A stretch of DNA of 64,000 nt from Deferribacterales bacterium (GCA_050253075.1 JBFWJS010000004.1:64001-128000); one strand, 5' to 3'; positions 19,106 to 30,328 are shown, counted from the first letter of the stretch. A program made the numbers and translations. The notes: generated by a model not told the origin, from the sequence alone.

Positions 19106-19782
19106 TCCTCTTTAAAGCGTTTCTTAGAAATTATAAAGACAAACGGTGCTTTAACATCATCAGGTACAGCACGGCGGATATCTTCTGCCGTGCCCCTGTA
19201 TGTTACCTCGTCGGGAAGACCGAGGTTCATAGAAAGGCTCATCTTCTTATCCAGAAAAGATATCTCGTCCAGCAGCTGATGCAGAACGTATGGTCTCTCC
19301 ATCATCACCACCGTATCCCTGCAGTTGGAAACACGGTCGAAGAATTTCTTACGCTCCGTCTTCTCCTTCGGCGGGAACCCCATAAAGTAAAAGCTCTCTG
19401 CGAAATATCCGCTGACGGACAGCGCAGCCGTTATAGATGAAGGGCCCGGAACAGATATCACCTGATACCCTGCGTTCCATGCCATATTTATAAAGTCGTA
19501 TCCCGGGTCTGCCACACAAGGCGTACCCGCATCAGATATCATAAGCACACGTTCGTGCTCTGCACATACTTCAACCAGAAATTCCTTATCACGTTTAAGC
19601 GAGTGTTCGTTCAGGAACATCTGCTCGGTGTCACGCACGCCCGCAGCAGCTACAAACCTGCCGAGGTTTCGTCTGTCTTCGCCTATGATGAGTCCGCATG
19701 AGGAGACTATCTCCAGCAGGTGCGGAGGTATGTTGTTATAATCCCCTGTGATGTCTGTGCCGGCAACGTATATGATAGGCAT
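19102..19782 (-). CDS. RsmI-like tetrapyrrole-methylase family SAM-dependent methyltransferase
   Basis: GEDRR, LNEH, ISDAGTPCVADPG, PGPSSITAALSVSG, FYFMGFPP. Confidence 0.82.
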   Translation of the reverse strand: MPIIYVAGTDITGDYNNIPPHLLEIVSSCGLIIGEDRRNLGRFVAAAGVRDTEQMFLNEHSLKRDKEFLVEVCAEHERVLMISDAGTPCVADPGYDFINMAWNAGYQVISVPGPSSITAALSVSGYFAESFYFMGFPPKEKTERKKFFDRVSNCRDTVVMMERPYVLHQLLDEISFLDKKMSLSMNLGLPDEVTYRGTAEDIRRAVPDDVKAPFVFIISKKRFKED

Positions 19783-21051
19783 TTAGGAGATGACCTCAAG
19801 CCCGCCGAGGTATGGTCTGAGAGCCTCGGGAACTGTGATAGTGCCGTCTTCGTTCTGATAGTTTTCGAGCACGGCGAGGAATGTCCTCCCCACTGCGAGG
19901 CCTGAGCCGTTCAGCGTATGGGCGAACTCCACCTTTTTTTCACCCTTGCGGCGGAAGCGTATGGATGCACGTCTCGCCTGATAATCGGTGAATGTAGAGC
20001 ATGAGGATATCTCTCTGTATGTTCCCGCTGAAGGGAGCCATACTTCTATATCAAAGGTCTTTGCAGAGCTGAAGCCTATGTCTCCGCTGCAAAGTGTCAT
20101 AATCCTGTAAGGCAGTCCGAGTTTCTGAAGGATGAGCTCCGCAGATTCGAGCAGCTCCATGAGCTCCGCTTCAGAATCTTCGGGTCTGGTCACCTTCACA
20201 AGCTCCACCTTGTTGAACTGGTGCTGGCGGATGAGTCCACGCACGTCCTTGCCGTGAGAGCCCGCCTCTCTGCGGAAACATGCAGAGTATGAGCAATGCT
20301 TGATAGGCAGTGCGTCCTCTTCCAGTATTTCCTGAGCATAGAGGTTTGTAACAGATACCTCAGCAGTAGGAATAAGATAGAGCCCGTCTCTCTCACATTT
20401 GAAGAGGTCTTCCTCAAATTTAGGGAGCTGGCCTGTCCCCTGCATAGCATCTCCGTTAACAAGATAAGGTGCGATCACTTCTTTGTATCCGCGCTCAGCG
20501 TGTGAATCGAGCATGAAGTTGATGAGAGCCCTCTCGAGCTTCGCACCCATGCCCATATAAGCCGTAAAGCGTGACTTTGCGACCTTAACCCCACGCTCGA
20601 AGTCGAGCATGCCGAGGTTTTCTGCGAGGTCCCAGTGCGCTTTTGGCTCGAAGGAAAGCTCTTTCGGCTCTCCCCATGATCTGAAAAGTATATTATCGTT
20701 CTCGTCTGAACCGACGGGAACTTCGTCTTTGACAATGTTAGGCAGTGTAAGGAGCATATCGTTCATCTGTGTCTGAGCCTCTGCCAGCTCAGCATCGATG
20801 GCAGTAATCCTGTCGCCCGCAGCACGCATCTTTGCCTGAATCTCTGTGATGTCGCCGCCTGCTTTTTTGATATTTCCTATCTCTTTGCTCACGGAGTTGC
20901 GCTCCGCTTTCAGCACATCGGCTTCCGCCTGAAGGCTTTTACGCTTTTCATCCAGAGATATCAGCAGATCAAAGTCGAAGTCTGCTTTTCTGGCTGCGGT
21001 CTTTTTCTTTACGTCATCTATATTTGCGATGATATATTTGATATCAAGCAT
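19783..21051 (-). CDS. serS: Serine--tRNA ligase
   Basis: MLDIK, TGQLPKF, LIPTAEV, FRREAGS, RQHQFNKVE, EISSCS, HTLNGSGLA. Confidence 0.98.
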   Translation of the reverse strand: MLDIKYIIANIDDVKKKTAARKADFDFDLLISLDEKRKSLQAEADVLKAERNSVSKEIGNIKKAGGDITEIQAKMRAAGDRITAIDAELAEAQTQMNDMLLTLPNIVKDEVPVGSDENDNILFRSWGEPKELSFEPKAHWDLAENLGMLDFERGVKVAKSRFTAYMGMGAKLERALINFMLDSHAERGYKEVIAPYLVNGDAMQGTGQLPKFEEDLFKCERDGLYLIPTAEVSVTNLYAQEILEEDALPIKHCSYSACFRREAGSHGKDVRGLIRQHQFNKVELVKVTRPEDSEAELMELLESAELILQKLGLPYRIMTLCSGDIGFSSAKTFDIEVWLPSAGTYREISSCSTFTDYQARRASIRFRRKGEKKVEFAHTLNGSGLAVGRTFLAVLENYQNEDGTITVPEALRPYLGGLEVIS

Positions 21052-21840
21052 TTAGTTCTCCTTAGTCTTCTGCTGTTCTTCCAGCTGGATAGTGATCTTA
21101 GCCAGCAGTGATGTCAGCTTGCGTGCCACGTCTATCACATATTTAGAATCAGGGCGTTCCTTCACGAGCATCTGATAGTATTTAACAGCTTCTGCCTCTC
21201 TACCGTCCTGATCTGCCAGCTTATTGCCGTAGAAATACAGAGCTTCGTCATATGACGAGGTGTCTGCATAGTTGGCTATGAGGTATTTCAGCCTTGTCTC
21301 GCCTGCGTCGGGCGAGCCTATGCGGTAGTAAAACTTCGCAACGTAAAGCTCACGTTCGGAGAGCATACTTCTCAGCTCCACTATCTTTTTATTCAGCTCG
21401 AACTCTCTGGTGTATGAAGGAAATCTGTCACGCAGCTTTGTAAAAGCGTCGAGAGCTCCCTCCACGGCGGACATGTCTCTGTCTATGGTGGAGACCAGCG
21501 CATAGTGGGAAAGTCCGAGTCTCAGCATTGCAGTCCCTGCGTCGGGAGAGTTGCTGTATATTTCAAGATACTGCTCGTATGCAGGTATCGCTTCTACGTA
21601 TTTTTTATCGAGAAAGTAAGCATCAGCCATAAAAAGCTGAGCCTGAGACGCCATCTCAGGTGTTTCTGCTTCCATCAGAGTATGTTCAAAGTATGATATG
21701 GATTGCTCATATTTCCCCCTCTGGAAATACTCCATACCTATCTTCATACTTTCGCCGGCAGTCATGTTCGGCCCTGTCTTTTTCGAGCAGGAAACGAATG
21801 CAAGCATACAAACTATTATCAATAAAACGATCTTTCTCAT
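21052..21840 (-). CDS. bamD: Outer membrane protein assembly lipoprotein BamD
   Basis: Lipobox FVSC, TPR repeats, DRD motif, ELYVAKFY. Confidence 0.85.
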   Translation of the reverse strand: MRKIVLLIIVCMLAFVSCSKKTGPNMTAGESMKIGMEYFQRGKYEQSISYFEHTLMEAETPEMASQAQLFMADAYFLDKKYVEAIPAYEQYLEIYSNSPDAGTAMLRLGLSHYALVSTIDRDMSAVEGALDAFTKLRDRFPSYTREFELNKKIVELRSMLSERELYVAKFYYRIGSPDAGETRLKYLIANYADTSSYDEALYFYGNKLADQDGREAEAVKYYQMLVKERPDSKYVIDVARKLTSLLAKITIQLEEQQKTKEN

Positions 21841-23150
21841 GCATCACCCTGTTTTTCAATGATCTCGCAATATATATCCGGATATATTATCCTCTTTATT
21901 CTGCACACATAGGGGCCGTAGCCGTCTGTCGCCACACCGTCTATGAAATAGGCTTTTCCGTCTATCTCGGGCGCCTGAAATAATGCACGCCCCTGAAGTA
22001 TAAGCTCCGACTGATCGCTCTCCCCTTCGACAAAGCAGATTATGTCGTTTTTTTTCAATATTTTCAAGCGGTTGTTCGTATTTCTCTTCTGCAGTTTCTG
22101 CAAGGCTCTGATACGCTTATTAGTCTCACGTTTCCCTACACCTTTGCCCAGATCATATGCAGATGTGCCCACTTCTCTGTAATATGGGAAAAAGCCTGCA
22201 AAATCAGGCTTATGCCTCTCGAGGAATTTCTCCATCTCGGCGAAGTCCTCTTCGGTCTCCCCCGGGAACCCGACTATCATAGTTGTGCGGATGATGCTCT
22301 CGGGGTCTGCCTTTCTGATGCCGTCGTAAACCTTGTCTATAACGGCGGAGTTGGACTTCCGCTTCATAGCTTTCAGCATGTTGTCGCTGTAGTGCTGCAC
22401 GGGAATGTCAAAGTAGCTAAGCACTTTATCACTGCCGCACATGGTATCTATGAGCTCGGGAGTCACGCCGTCGGGGTTCAGATACATCACACGTATCTTA
22501 AAGTCTCCGTCGAGCGCTTCGAGCTTTTTCAGCAGTTCGACCATCTTAGGCTTGCCGTAGATGTCGCTGCCGTATTTTGTATTGTCCTGAGATATGACGA
22601 TTAGTTCTTTCACGCCGTTCTTTATAAGGTTTGCCGCCTCGAGGAGTATGTCTTCCATCTTACGGCTCTTCAGGTCGCCCCTGATGCCGGGGATGGCACA
22701 GTATGAGCATCTGTTGTTGCACCCTTCGGACACTTTCAGATAAGCGTAGTAGTGCTCGTTTGCCAGTATTCTGGCAGAGCCGTAGTCCTTTACGGGGCTG
22801 TCGTCGTTCCGCAGATAGCTGATGACACGGTGCAGGTCGCCCACGCCTGTGTAGAAGTCCACCTCGGGGAGGTCTCTTTCTATATCGCCTGAGTAACGCT
22901 CGCTCATGCATCCGGTCACTATTATCTTGGCGTCCTGTTTACGCCTTTCCGCCATCTCGAGGATGTTGTCTATGGCCTCTGTCACTGCGGGCTCGATGAA
23001 TCCGCAGGTGTTGATGATGATGGCGTCTGATTCTTCGGGAATGTTTGTGATCTGAAATCCTTCTTTCTCCACGGCTCCCATCAGGTATTCCAGATCAACC
23101 TGATTCTTTGAGCAGCCGAGGCTTATGAAGGAGACTTTGTTATTTTTCAA
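21837..23150 (-). CDS. rimO: Ribosomal protein S12 methylthiotransferase
   Basis: SLGCSKNQVD, INTCGFI, EGCNNRCSYCAIP, RTTMIVGFPGET, APEIDG; start probably TTG at 23150. Confidence 0.95.
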   Translation of the reverse strand: MKNNKVSFISLGCSKNQVDLEYLMGAVEKEGFQITNIPEESDAIIINTCGFIEPAVTEAIDNILEMAERRKQDAKIIVTGCMSERYSGDIERDLPEVDFYTGVGDLHRVISYLRNDDSPVKDYGSARILANEHYYAYLKVSEGCNNRCSYCAIPGIRGDLKSRKMEDILLEAANLIKNGVKELIVISQDNTKYGSDIYGKPKMVELLKKLEALDGDFKIRVMYLNPDGVTPELIDTMCGSDKVLSYFDIPVQHYSDNMLKAMKRKSNSAVIDKVYDGIRKADPESIIRTTMIVGFPGETEEDFAEMEKFLERHKPDFAGFFPYYREVGTSAYDLGKGVGKRETNKRIRALQKLQKRNTNNRLKILKKNDIICFVEGESDQSELILQGRALFQAPEIDGKAYFIDGVATDGYGPYVCRIKRIIYPDIYCEIIEKQGDA

Positions 23151-24057
23151 AAAGCACCCTGATCTTTTCACAGTCTTTATCTATCTGAGCTGTGAGCTCG
23201 TCTAAATTGCTGAATTTAATATCTCCGCGTATAAAGTTTACCACATCCACGTCTATCACCTTTCCGTAAAGATTATCGGAAAAGTCGAAGATGTTCACCT
23301 CTACACGCTTGTTATGGGCATTTTGTATGGTCGGTCGGTCGCCGACGTAAAGAGCGCCCAAATACTCTCTGCCGTCGATATGCACTATGCTTGAATAGAT
23401 GCCGTTTGACGGAATAAGTTCGTTCTGAACTGCAATATTCGCAGTGGGGAAGCCTATCTTTGCCCCGAGTCCGTCACCACGGATAACCTCGCCCCTCATA
23501 GAATAATTCCTGCCGAGCAGCTTTGCGGCCATCTCTGGGTTTTCATTCTTAAGGTAATTGCGTATGTTTGTGCTGGATGCGGTGACGCCGTCCACGACGA
23601 CCTTCTGCACACGGAGCGGTGTGAAGCCGTGCTTCTCCGCCATGGTCTGGAGAAATTCGTAAGAGCCCTGCCTGTTCCGACCGAAGCGGTAGTCGTATCC
23701 AACGACGACAAAGCTAGCCTTCATCTTTTTCAGCAGGAATTCCCTGACGAAGACAGAAGGGTTTATCCCCGCCATCTCTTTATTGAAATCCAGCAGAAAG
23801 AGCTTGTCCACGCCGAGCTTTTCAAACTGCTCGATCTTCATCTCTGTGGTCTGCAGGAGGCTGACATCTGCGCCGAAGAAGCGCATCGGATGCGGGTCGA
23901 ATGTGACCAGACCGCTGGAAAATCCGCGCTCTTTCGCAAGGGTGACCACACGCTCGACAATTGCGGCGTGCCCCAGATGTACACCGTCAAAGTTGCCTAT
24001 GCTGACAGCCATATTTTTTTCAGCCTGAAAGTGCGTCAGGTCTCTTATTATCTCCAT
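23140..24057 (-). CDS. ribF: Bifunctional riboflavin kinase/FAD synthetase
   Basis: GNFDGVHLGH, TFDPHP, GYDYRFG, SSTNIR, GFPTAN. Confidence 0.96.
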   Translation of the reverse strand: MEIIRDLTHFQAEKNMAVSIGNFDGVHLGHAAIVERVVTLAKERGFSSGLVTFDPHPMRFFGADVSLLQTTEMKIEQFEKLGVDKLFLLDFNKEMAGINPSVFVREFLLKKMKASFVVVGYDYRFGRNRQGSYEFLQTMAEKHGFTPLRVQKVVVDGVTASSTNIRNYLKNENPEMAAKLLGRNYSMRGEVIRGDGLGAKIGFPTANIAVQNELIPSNGIYSSIVHIDGREYLGALYVGDRPTIQNAHNKRVEVNIFDFSDNLYGKVIDVDVVNFIRGDIKFSNLDELTAQIDKDCEKIRVLFEK

Positions 24058-24130
24058 CGTGGTTTAAAATATGACAAAATTCGCCCATAAATCAACACAT
24101 TTATTTTAATTATGTATTATGTAAATTTGA

Positions 24131-24167
24131 TTGACAAAAATCATATGTCATATATATAAATATATAG
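24131..24167 (+). promoter_or_regulatory. Putative promoter/operator of ArsR-efflux operon
   Basis: TTGACA at 24131, followed by the ATAT-rich near-palindrome tatatataaatatata over the -10. Confidence 0.5.
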
Positions 24168-24200
24168 ATTTTGTTTCGTCTCTTTTAAGGAGTATTTATT

Positions 24201-24500
24201 ATGGAAGAATGGTTCAACATGTATTCAGAGAAACTCAAGGCGCTCGGACACCCAATCAGACTCAAACTTGTGATCGGACTTATGAATAACGAGTGCAACG
24301 TTACTAAAATATGCAAAGGGCTCGAAATACCACAGGCTACGACAAGCCAGCACCTTGCAATCCTTAAGAATAAAGGCATTATAGTCGGAAAAAGAACAGG
24401 CACAAGCATTTGTTACAGCATATGCGACGACGGCATCAAAACTATGATCAAAGAGCTCATGGAGAAAACAGGATGCAAATCACCTTGCGACGAGCATTAA
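24201..24500 (+). CDS. ArsR/SmtB family transcriptional regulator (Cys-rich)
   Basis: LKALGHPIRL, SQHLAILK HTH; six Cys. Confidence 0.92.
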   Translation: MEEWFNMYSEKLKALGHPIRLKLVIGLMNNECNVTKICKGLEIPQATTSQHLAILKNKGIIVGKRTGTSICYSICDDGIKTMIKELMEKTGCKSPCDEH

Positions 24501-25795
24501 CGGCGGGTTTTATCCTCCTTCTGTCCGCCACGTCTTTTGCAAAGCCGATGACATTCGACGAAGCAAAGAAGGCGGCACTCGAAAATTCTAATATAATCAA
24601 ATCCTACGAGGCGAAAGAAAAAGCCGCCTCCTACAGGAAATATCAGGCCATAGGCGCATACATGCCTAAGGTCAGCTATATACAGACATACTCGAAAAGC
24701 GACGAGCCGGGCACGGCGGCATTTGCCACAGCCATGCAGGGACGTTTCGACAACAACTACTTCGCTAACGAGATGTCTGACCCTGACTATGTCACAAACC
24801 ACCAGAGCAAGATACAGGTCATGCAGCCGATATTTATGAAAGGTCAGATAATATTCGGCATACGGCAGGCGAACGAAGCCTATAAGGCGAGCAGATTCGA
24901 AACCGAGCGTGTGCGCCAGTACACCCTTTTCAATCTGCATCAGGCATTCTACGGGCTGGCTCTTGCGGAAAAGGCTATGGATGTCGTTAAACATTCATAC
25001 GACCGCACAAACAGATACTATAACACCGCACAGGACTTCTATACAAACGGGCTGATAGTACAGAGCGACCTGCTCGTCAGCGAAAGTTACCTGCTGATGA
25101 ACGAACAGGCTGTCAAAGACGCCGAGAAACAGCACGCCGTCGCCATGAGCCAGCTCCAGAGGCTGCTCGCAACGGACGAGGCCATAGAGATCGTATGGAC
25201 AGACCCGAAGCTCACATTCACCGAGAATGTCGACGAATACACGAAAGAAGGGCTGGAAAAGAGGCAGGACCTCGCAGCTATGCAGAAATATGCTAAGGTC
25301 ACAGGGCTGGAAAACAGCAAGTCCAAGGCTGCTTTCCTCCCATCTATATCAGTATTCGCAGACTATCAGAGAAACGACGACGAGCTGTGGGGGGACAACG
25401 GAGAGGGATATACATTCGGCGCACAGATGGAGCTGAACCTCTTCAACGGATTTGCGGATTATAACAAAACACGTGAGACAAAGAGCAGCTACTACTCTAT
25501 GCTTCACCAGATAGCAGATAAAAAACTAGAAATAAAATCAGAGATCAAAACTTCATTCTACGGCGTTATCGCCGCATCAAAACAGATCGAAGCGTCTAAG
25601 AAACGTGTGGAAGCAGCACAAAAAGCACTGGAGATCACCGAGAACAGATTCAATGAAGGACTGAGCAAAGTGACAGAGCTGCTCGACCGTGAGGTAGACC
25701 TCAAGCAGGCAGAGCTCTCACTCTATATGTCCGAGTATCAGCAGATAGTCGAACAGGCAGGACTGCACCTGGCTGCCGGCACACTGGACTACTAA
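24473..25795 (+). CDS. TolC family outer membrane efflux protein
   Basis: Signal peptide from ATG 24473, two OEP repeats, LNLFNGF, RFNEGL..VTELLD. Confidence 0.88.
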   Translation: MQITLRRALTAGFILLLSATSFAKPMTFDEAKKAALENSNIIKSYEAKEKAASYRKYQAIGAYMPKVSYIQTYSKSDEPGTAAFATAMQGRFDNNYFANEMSDPDYVTNHQSKIQVMQPIFMKGQIIFGIRQANEAYKASRFETERVRQYTLFNLHQAFYGLALAEKAMDVVKHSYDRTNRYYNTAQDFYTNGLIVQSDLLVSESYLLMNEQAVKDAEKQHAVAMSQLQRLLATDEAIEIVWTDPKLTFTENVDEYTKEGLEKRQDLAAMQKYAKVTGLENSKSKAAFLPSISVFADYQRNDDELWGDNGEGYTFGAQMELNLFNGFADYNKTRETKSSYYSMLHQIADKKLEIKSEIKTSFYGVIAASKQIEASKKRVEAAQKALEITENRFNEGLSKVTELLDREVDLKQAELSLYMSEYQQIVEQAGLHLAAGTLDY

Positions 25796-25950
25796 GATTT
25801 TTTTAAACTTTTAAATAGGAATGCCGGATGAACACAGAGTGATTCCGGCATATACATATAGTATAATTAAGAAGCAGCTAATAAGTTTAGCTTGCATAAT
25901 TATGCTAATTTCATAATATATGAATATATAAATATTATTGAGGTAACATT

Positions 25951-27129
25951 ATGCTTCGCTTAGTTTTGATATCAGTTTTTGCAGTTGCTCTCCTCAGCGC
26001 ATGCGGGAAAGAGGAAGAGAAGGCCGAGATGGTGGACACTCCGAAGAACGTCACTGTGCAGACGATGACGGTGGAGAAATCAGATGAATCCTCCTCACGC
26101 AGTTTCACTGCGACGGTGTCCAGCGACAAGACAGCTTTCATCATCCCAAAGGTGGTGGGATACATAGAGCAGATATATGTAAATACGGGACAGCAGGTCA
26201 AAAAAGGCGACCTCCTCGCCACTATCAAATCGGGCGAGCTCGAGGATAAATACAACTTTGCCCAGTCATCCGTACAGGAAGCAGAGAACGGCCTCAAGCA
26301 GGCTGAGATAGGCTTGAAAATGGCTGACGCACAGCACATGCAGGCACATTCTCAGTATGAGCTGGCGAAGAAGACATACGACAGATACAGCAACCTGATA
26401 AAGAACAACAGCGTATCCAGACAGGAATTTGATCAGATAGAAGCAAAATACGACCTCGCACAGCAGCAGCTTAACATAGCGACAGAGAACGTCAGCCTCG
26501 CCAAAGAGAAAGTGGCACAGGTAAAGCTGAAAGAACAGCAGGCGAGAAGCATGCTAAGCGAAGTGCAGACATACCTCTCATATACAAAGATAAGAGCACC
26601 ATTCGACGGAGTCGTCCTTGAGAAAACAATGGATGCGGGCAACCTCGCCGCACCGGGCAACTCCATCATGAAGATAGGAAACTCAGAGACTGTGGTGTAC
26701 ACATACATCAGCCAGTCTCTCATCAGTGACATAAAACCCGGGATGGAAGCGGTGATAACCGTGGAATCCCTCGATCAGGAATACGATAGCGAAGTGCTCG
26801 AGGTCAGCCCCGACGTAGACGTCTTCACAGGGAACTTCAAAGTGAAGCTGATGGGATGTCAGGATCTATACCCGGGCATGTTTGCCAAAGTACGCTTTAT
26901 CACAGGATCTGAAAAGGTCATCACAGTACCCGAATCCGCAGTGGTAAAACGCGGACAGCTCACGATAGTCTTTGTAGACGACAACGGCAAGGCCGACATG
27001 AGGGTCGTAAAAACAGGACGTGAACTCGGCGGTATGACAGAGATAATATCAGGACTCGAAGAGGGTGAGAAAATAGTCACCCATAATGCAAAACTACTCA
27101 AATCAGGCGATATATTAGAGGCTGAGTAA
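25951..27129 (+). CDS. RND efflux periplasmic adaptor (MFP) lipoprotein
   Basis: LSAC lipobox, GQQVKKGDLL lipoyl half, coiled coil, IRAPFDGVV, PGMFAKV. Confidence 0.92.
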   Translation: MLRLVLISVFAVALLSACGKEEEKAEMVDTPKNVTVQTMTVEKSDESSSRSFTATVSSDKTAFIIPKVVGYIEQIYVNTGQQVKKGDLLATIKSGELEDKYNFAQSSVQEAENGLKQAEIGLKMADAQHMQAHSQYELAKKTYDRYSNLIKNNSVSRQEFDQIEAKYDLAQQQLNIATENVSLAKEKVAQVKLKEQQARSMLSEVQTYLSYTKIRAPFDGVVLEKTMDAGNLAAPGNSIMKIGNSETVVYTYISQSLISDIKPGMEAVITVESLDQEYDSEVLEVSPDVDVFTGNFKVKLMGCQDLYPGMFAKVRFITGSEKVITVPESAVVKRGQLTIVFVDDNGKADMRVVKTGRELGGMTEIISGLEEGEKIVTHNAKLLKSGDILEAE

Positions 27130-27130
27130 G

Positions 27131-30100
27131 ATGGAAAACGAAAAAAAGAATTTAGCCGAAAAGATAGCCTCCGGCTTTATCACTTCGAAGATAACGCCTC
27201 TTCTGGTGATAGCGACCATCTTCATCGGACTGGTCTCCATCATCATGACACCCAAAGAGGAAGAACCGCAGATCGTCGTGCCTATGGTGGACGTCTTTGT
27301 CCCATACCCGGGCGCCACATCCGCAGACGTTGAAAAGACAGTCACAGAGCCTCTGGAGGAGATCATCTGGGAGATCCCCGGTGTGGAATACGTCTACAGC
27401 ACCAGCATGAACGACATGGGCATGGTGATAGTCCGCTTTAAAGTGGGCGAGGACACAGTCGCCTCCATCACAAACCTGAAGGACAAGATAGACTTCAACA
27501 TGGCCAGCATGCCCTACGGCGTGGAACAGCCTATCATACAGAGCCGTGCCATAGACGACGTGCCGCAGGTGGCGTTCACCCTGTGGTCTAAGGAATACGA
27601 CGCATATCAGCTCCGCCGTATCGCAGCCGAGGTGGAGAAGCGCATCAAAGAGATACCGAACATCTCCAAGACTGAGATCATCGGCGGATACCAGCGCATC
27701 ATACGCATCGAGCCGAACATCGAAAAGCTGAAAGCATATAACCTCGACCTCTTCAGACTGATGAAAGCCGTAGAGACATCAAACTTGTCGCTGAACACAG
27801 GCGACATCACAAAATCTAACCGTGTGTATTACGTCTCTGCGGGCGGGTTCTTCACCGACATAAACGACGTTAAGACTATGGTAGTCGGCGCACACAACAA
27901 CAAGGCGGTCTACCTTAAAGACGTGGCAGAGGTCTACGACGGCCCCGAAGTGCCCGAGCATCACCTGCTGATGGGATTCACACAGGATAAATCACTGGAA
28001 AAATATCAGGCGGTCACTATCTCCATATCAAAGCGCAAGGGGAGCGACTCTGTTGTCGTTGCCGATGCCGTGATGGAAAAGATGAACTCGCTGAAAGGAT
28101 ACGTAATACCGAAAGAGGTGGAAGTGACCACCACAAGAAACTACGGCGAAACCGCATACACAAAGGTCATGCTCCTCATAGAGCACCTTGTGGGCGCTAT
28201 CATAGCCGTTATCCTCGTCATGAGCCTTACTATGGGCTGGCGTGCGGGGCTTGTGGTTTTCGTGGCGCTCCCCGTCACATTTGCCCTCACCTTCTTCGTA
28301 TACTTCATGTTTGACTACACTCTGAACAGGGTCACACTGTTTGCCCTTATATTTGTTGCGGGGCTTGTGGTGGACGACGCCATCATCGTGGTGGAGAACA
28401 TGGAGCGGCACTTTAAAATGGGCGGTAAGAAGGACCTGCTGAAAAAGGCTATAAAAGCCGTCGGCGAGGTGGGGAACCCCACGATACTCGCCACTGTGAC
28501 CGTTATCGTCGCCATATTCCCCATGGCATTCGTAAGGGGTCTGATGGGGCCGTACATGAAGCCGATGCCCATTGGCGCATCTCTGGCGATGATATTCTCG
28601 CTCTTTGTGGCGCTGATGATAACCCCGTGGCTCTCTTATAAACTGCTGGCAGGACACGCAGCGAAGCATAACGATGAGCATGTGGACGAGGAAGAATTTG
28701 TCAAATCCACAAAACTTTATAAGATATACAACTCCGTCTTCGGAGCTCTCATAGACAACTGGAAGAAGAGGCTCGCCGTTACACTCGTACTCCTCGGGCT
28801 TTTCTTCGGCGCATTTATCTTCATCCCTACGAAGCTGGTCGTGATGAAGATGCTGCCGTTTGACAATAAAAACGAAATACAGATAGTCATCGACACCCCC
28901 GAAGGGACGCCCCTCGAGAAGACCACAGCCGTGGGCATAGAGGTGGGTAAATACCTCGCAACCCTCGATGAGGTAGACAACTATCAGATATATTCAGGCA
29001 TATCCTCACCGTACAACTTCAACGGTCTGGTGCGTCACTATTTCCTCCGTACTGGGCATAACGTGGCAGACGTACAGGTAAACCTGAAAGACAAAGCATT
29101 CAGAGACAAAGACAGCCACGCACTTGCCAAAATGATGCGTGAACCAGTGCAGAAGATAGGCGAGCGCATGGGCGCAAACATAAAGATAGCCGAGGTTCCG
29201 CCCGGCCCTCCCGTACTCTCGACACTGGTGGCTGAGGTATACGGACCGGACGCAAAGGCGAGAAGCGAAGTCGCCGACATGATAACTAATGTCTTCAAAA
29301 GCACCGACGGCGTGGTTGACATAGACACATACGAAGAGGAAAACATGGTTCAGCTCGACCTTCAGGTTGATAAGCAGAAGGCGGCTGTCATGGGCATCTC
29401 TGCGGAGATGGTGTCAAAGACGCTCTACATGGCTCTGCAGGGTATGCAGGCGGGTATCCTCCACACAGGCGAAGACAGAGAGCCCGTGAAGATAACCATC
29501 AAACTGCCCGAAGACAGACGAAACATGATAGGAACTCTCTCAGAGGTGAACATTATCTCCATGAGCGGACGCTCGGTCTCGCTCGGCGAGCTGGTCACCG
29601 TGAGGGAAAAGATAAAGGACAAATCCATCTATCACAAAAACATGAAGCCCGTGGTATACATCACGGCGGACGTAGCGGGCAAGGTGGAAAGCCCCGTTTA
29701 CCTCATACTGGAGATGAAAAAGAAGATAGCAGAGCTCTCATGGCAGGGCGTTCCGATAAAGCAGTACTGGACAGACACACCGTCAGACTATGACGTGCCG
29801 TCTATCAAGTGGGACGGCGAGTGGCAGATCACCTATGAAGTTTTCCGTGACCTCGGGCTGGCATTTGCCGCTGTTCTCGTGCTGATGTACTTCGTACTTG
29901 TCGGCTGGTTTAAGTCGTTCTCCACACCGCTGATAATGATGGTCCCTATCCCGCTTTCACTGCTGGGCATCATCCCGGGGCACTTCATCTTCGGAAAGTT
30001 TTTCACTGCTACTAGCATGATAGGCTTCATAGCACTGGCGGGCATTATGGTGCGTAACGCCGTGCTTCTGATAGATTTCATCGAGCACGGGCTAGCAAAC

Positions 30101-30328
30101 GGTAAATCACTGCGTGATGCCGTGATAGAGTCCGGTGCGATAAGGACAAGACCCGTGGTGCTGACAACCGTTGCCGTTGTGGCGGGTGCGCTCTTCATGC
30201 TGCCCGACCCGATATTCGCAGGTCTCGGCGTGTCGCTCATCACAGGTGCGATAGTTTCTACAATACTGACACTGCTTATCATCCCGCTGATGTATTACTT
30301 CCATCACGAATTCTGGGATAACAGGTAG
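27131..30328 (+). CDS. RND efflux permease (AcrB/AcrD/AcrF family)
   Basis: 1065 aa, EEEPQI, GLVVDDAIIVVEN, VRNAVLLIDF, R.RPV.LT. Confidence 0.95.
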   Translation: MENEKKNLAEKIASGFITSKITPLLVIATIFIGLVSIIMTPKEEEPQIVVPMVDVFVPYPGATSADVEKTVTEPLEEIIWEIPGVEYVYSTSMNDMGMVIVRFKVGEDTVASITNLKDKIDFNMASMPYGVEQPIIQSRAIDDVPQVAFTLWSKEYDAYQLRRIAAEVEKRIKEIPNISKTEIIGGYQRIIRIEPNIEKLKAYNLDLFRLMKAVETSNLSLNTGDITKSNRVYYVSAGGFFTDINDVKTMVVGAHNNKAVYLKDVAEVYDGPEVPEHHLLMGFTQDKSLEKYQAVTISISKRKGSDSVVVADAVMEKMNSLKGYVIPKEVEVTTTRNYGETAYTKVMLLIEHLVGAIIAVILVMSLTMGWRAGLVVFVALPVTFALTFFVYFMFDYTLNRVTLFALIFVAGLVVDDAIIVVENMERHFKMGGKKDLLKKAIKAVGEVGNPTILATVTVIVAIFPMAFVRGLMGPYMKPMPIGASLAMIFSLFVALMITPWLSYKLLAGHAAKHNDEHVDEEEFVKSTKLYKIYNSVFGALIDNWKKRLAVTLVLLGLFFGAFIFIPTKLVVMKMLPFDNKNEIQIVIDTPEGTPLEKTTAVGIEVGKYLATLDEVDNYQIYSGISSPYNFNGLVRHYFLRTGHNVADVQVNLKDKAFRDKDSHALAKMMREPVQKIGERMGANIKIAEVPPGPPVLSTLVAEVYGPDAKARSEVADMITNVFKSTDGVVDIDTYEEENMVQLDLQVDKQKAAVMGISAEMVSKTLYMALQGMQAGILHTGEDREPVKITIKLPEDRRNMIGTLSEVNIISMSGRSVSLGELVTVREKIKDKSIYHKNMKPVVYITADVAGKVESPVYLILEMKKKIAELSWQGVPIKQYWTDTPSDYDVPSIKWDGEWQITYEVFRDLGLAFAAVLVLMYFVLVGWFKSFSTPLIMMVPIPLSLLGIIPGHFIFGKFFTATSMIGFIALAGIMVRNAVLLIDFIEHGLANGKSLRDAVIESGAIRTRPVVLTTVAVVAGALFMLPDPIFAGLGVSLITGAIVSTILTLLIIPLMYYFHHEFWDNR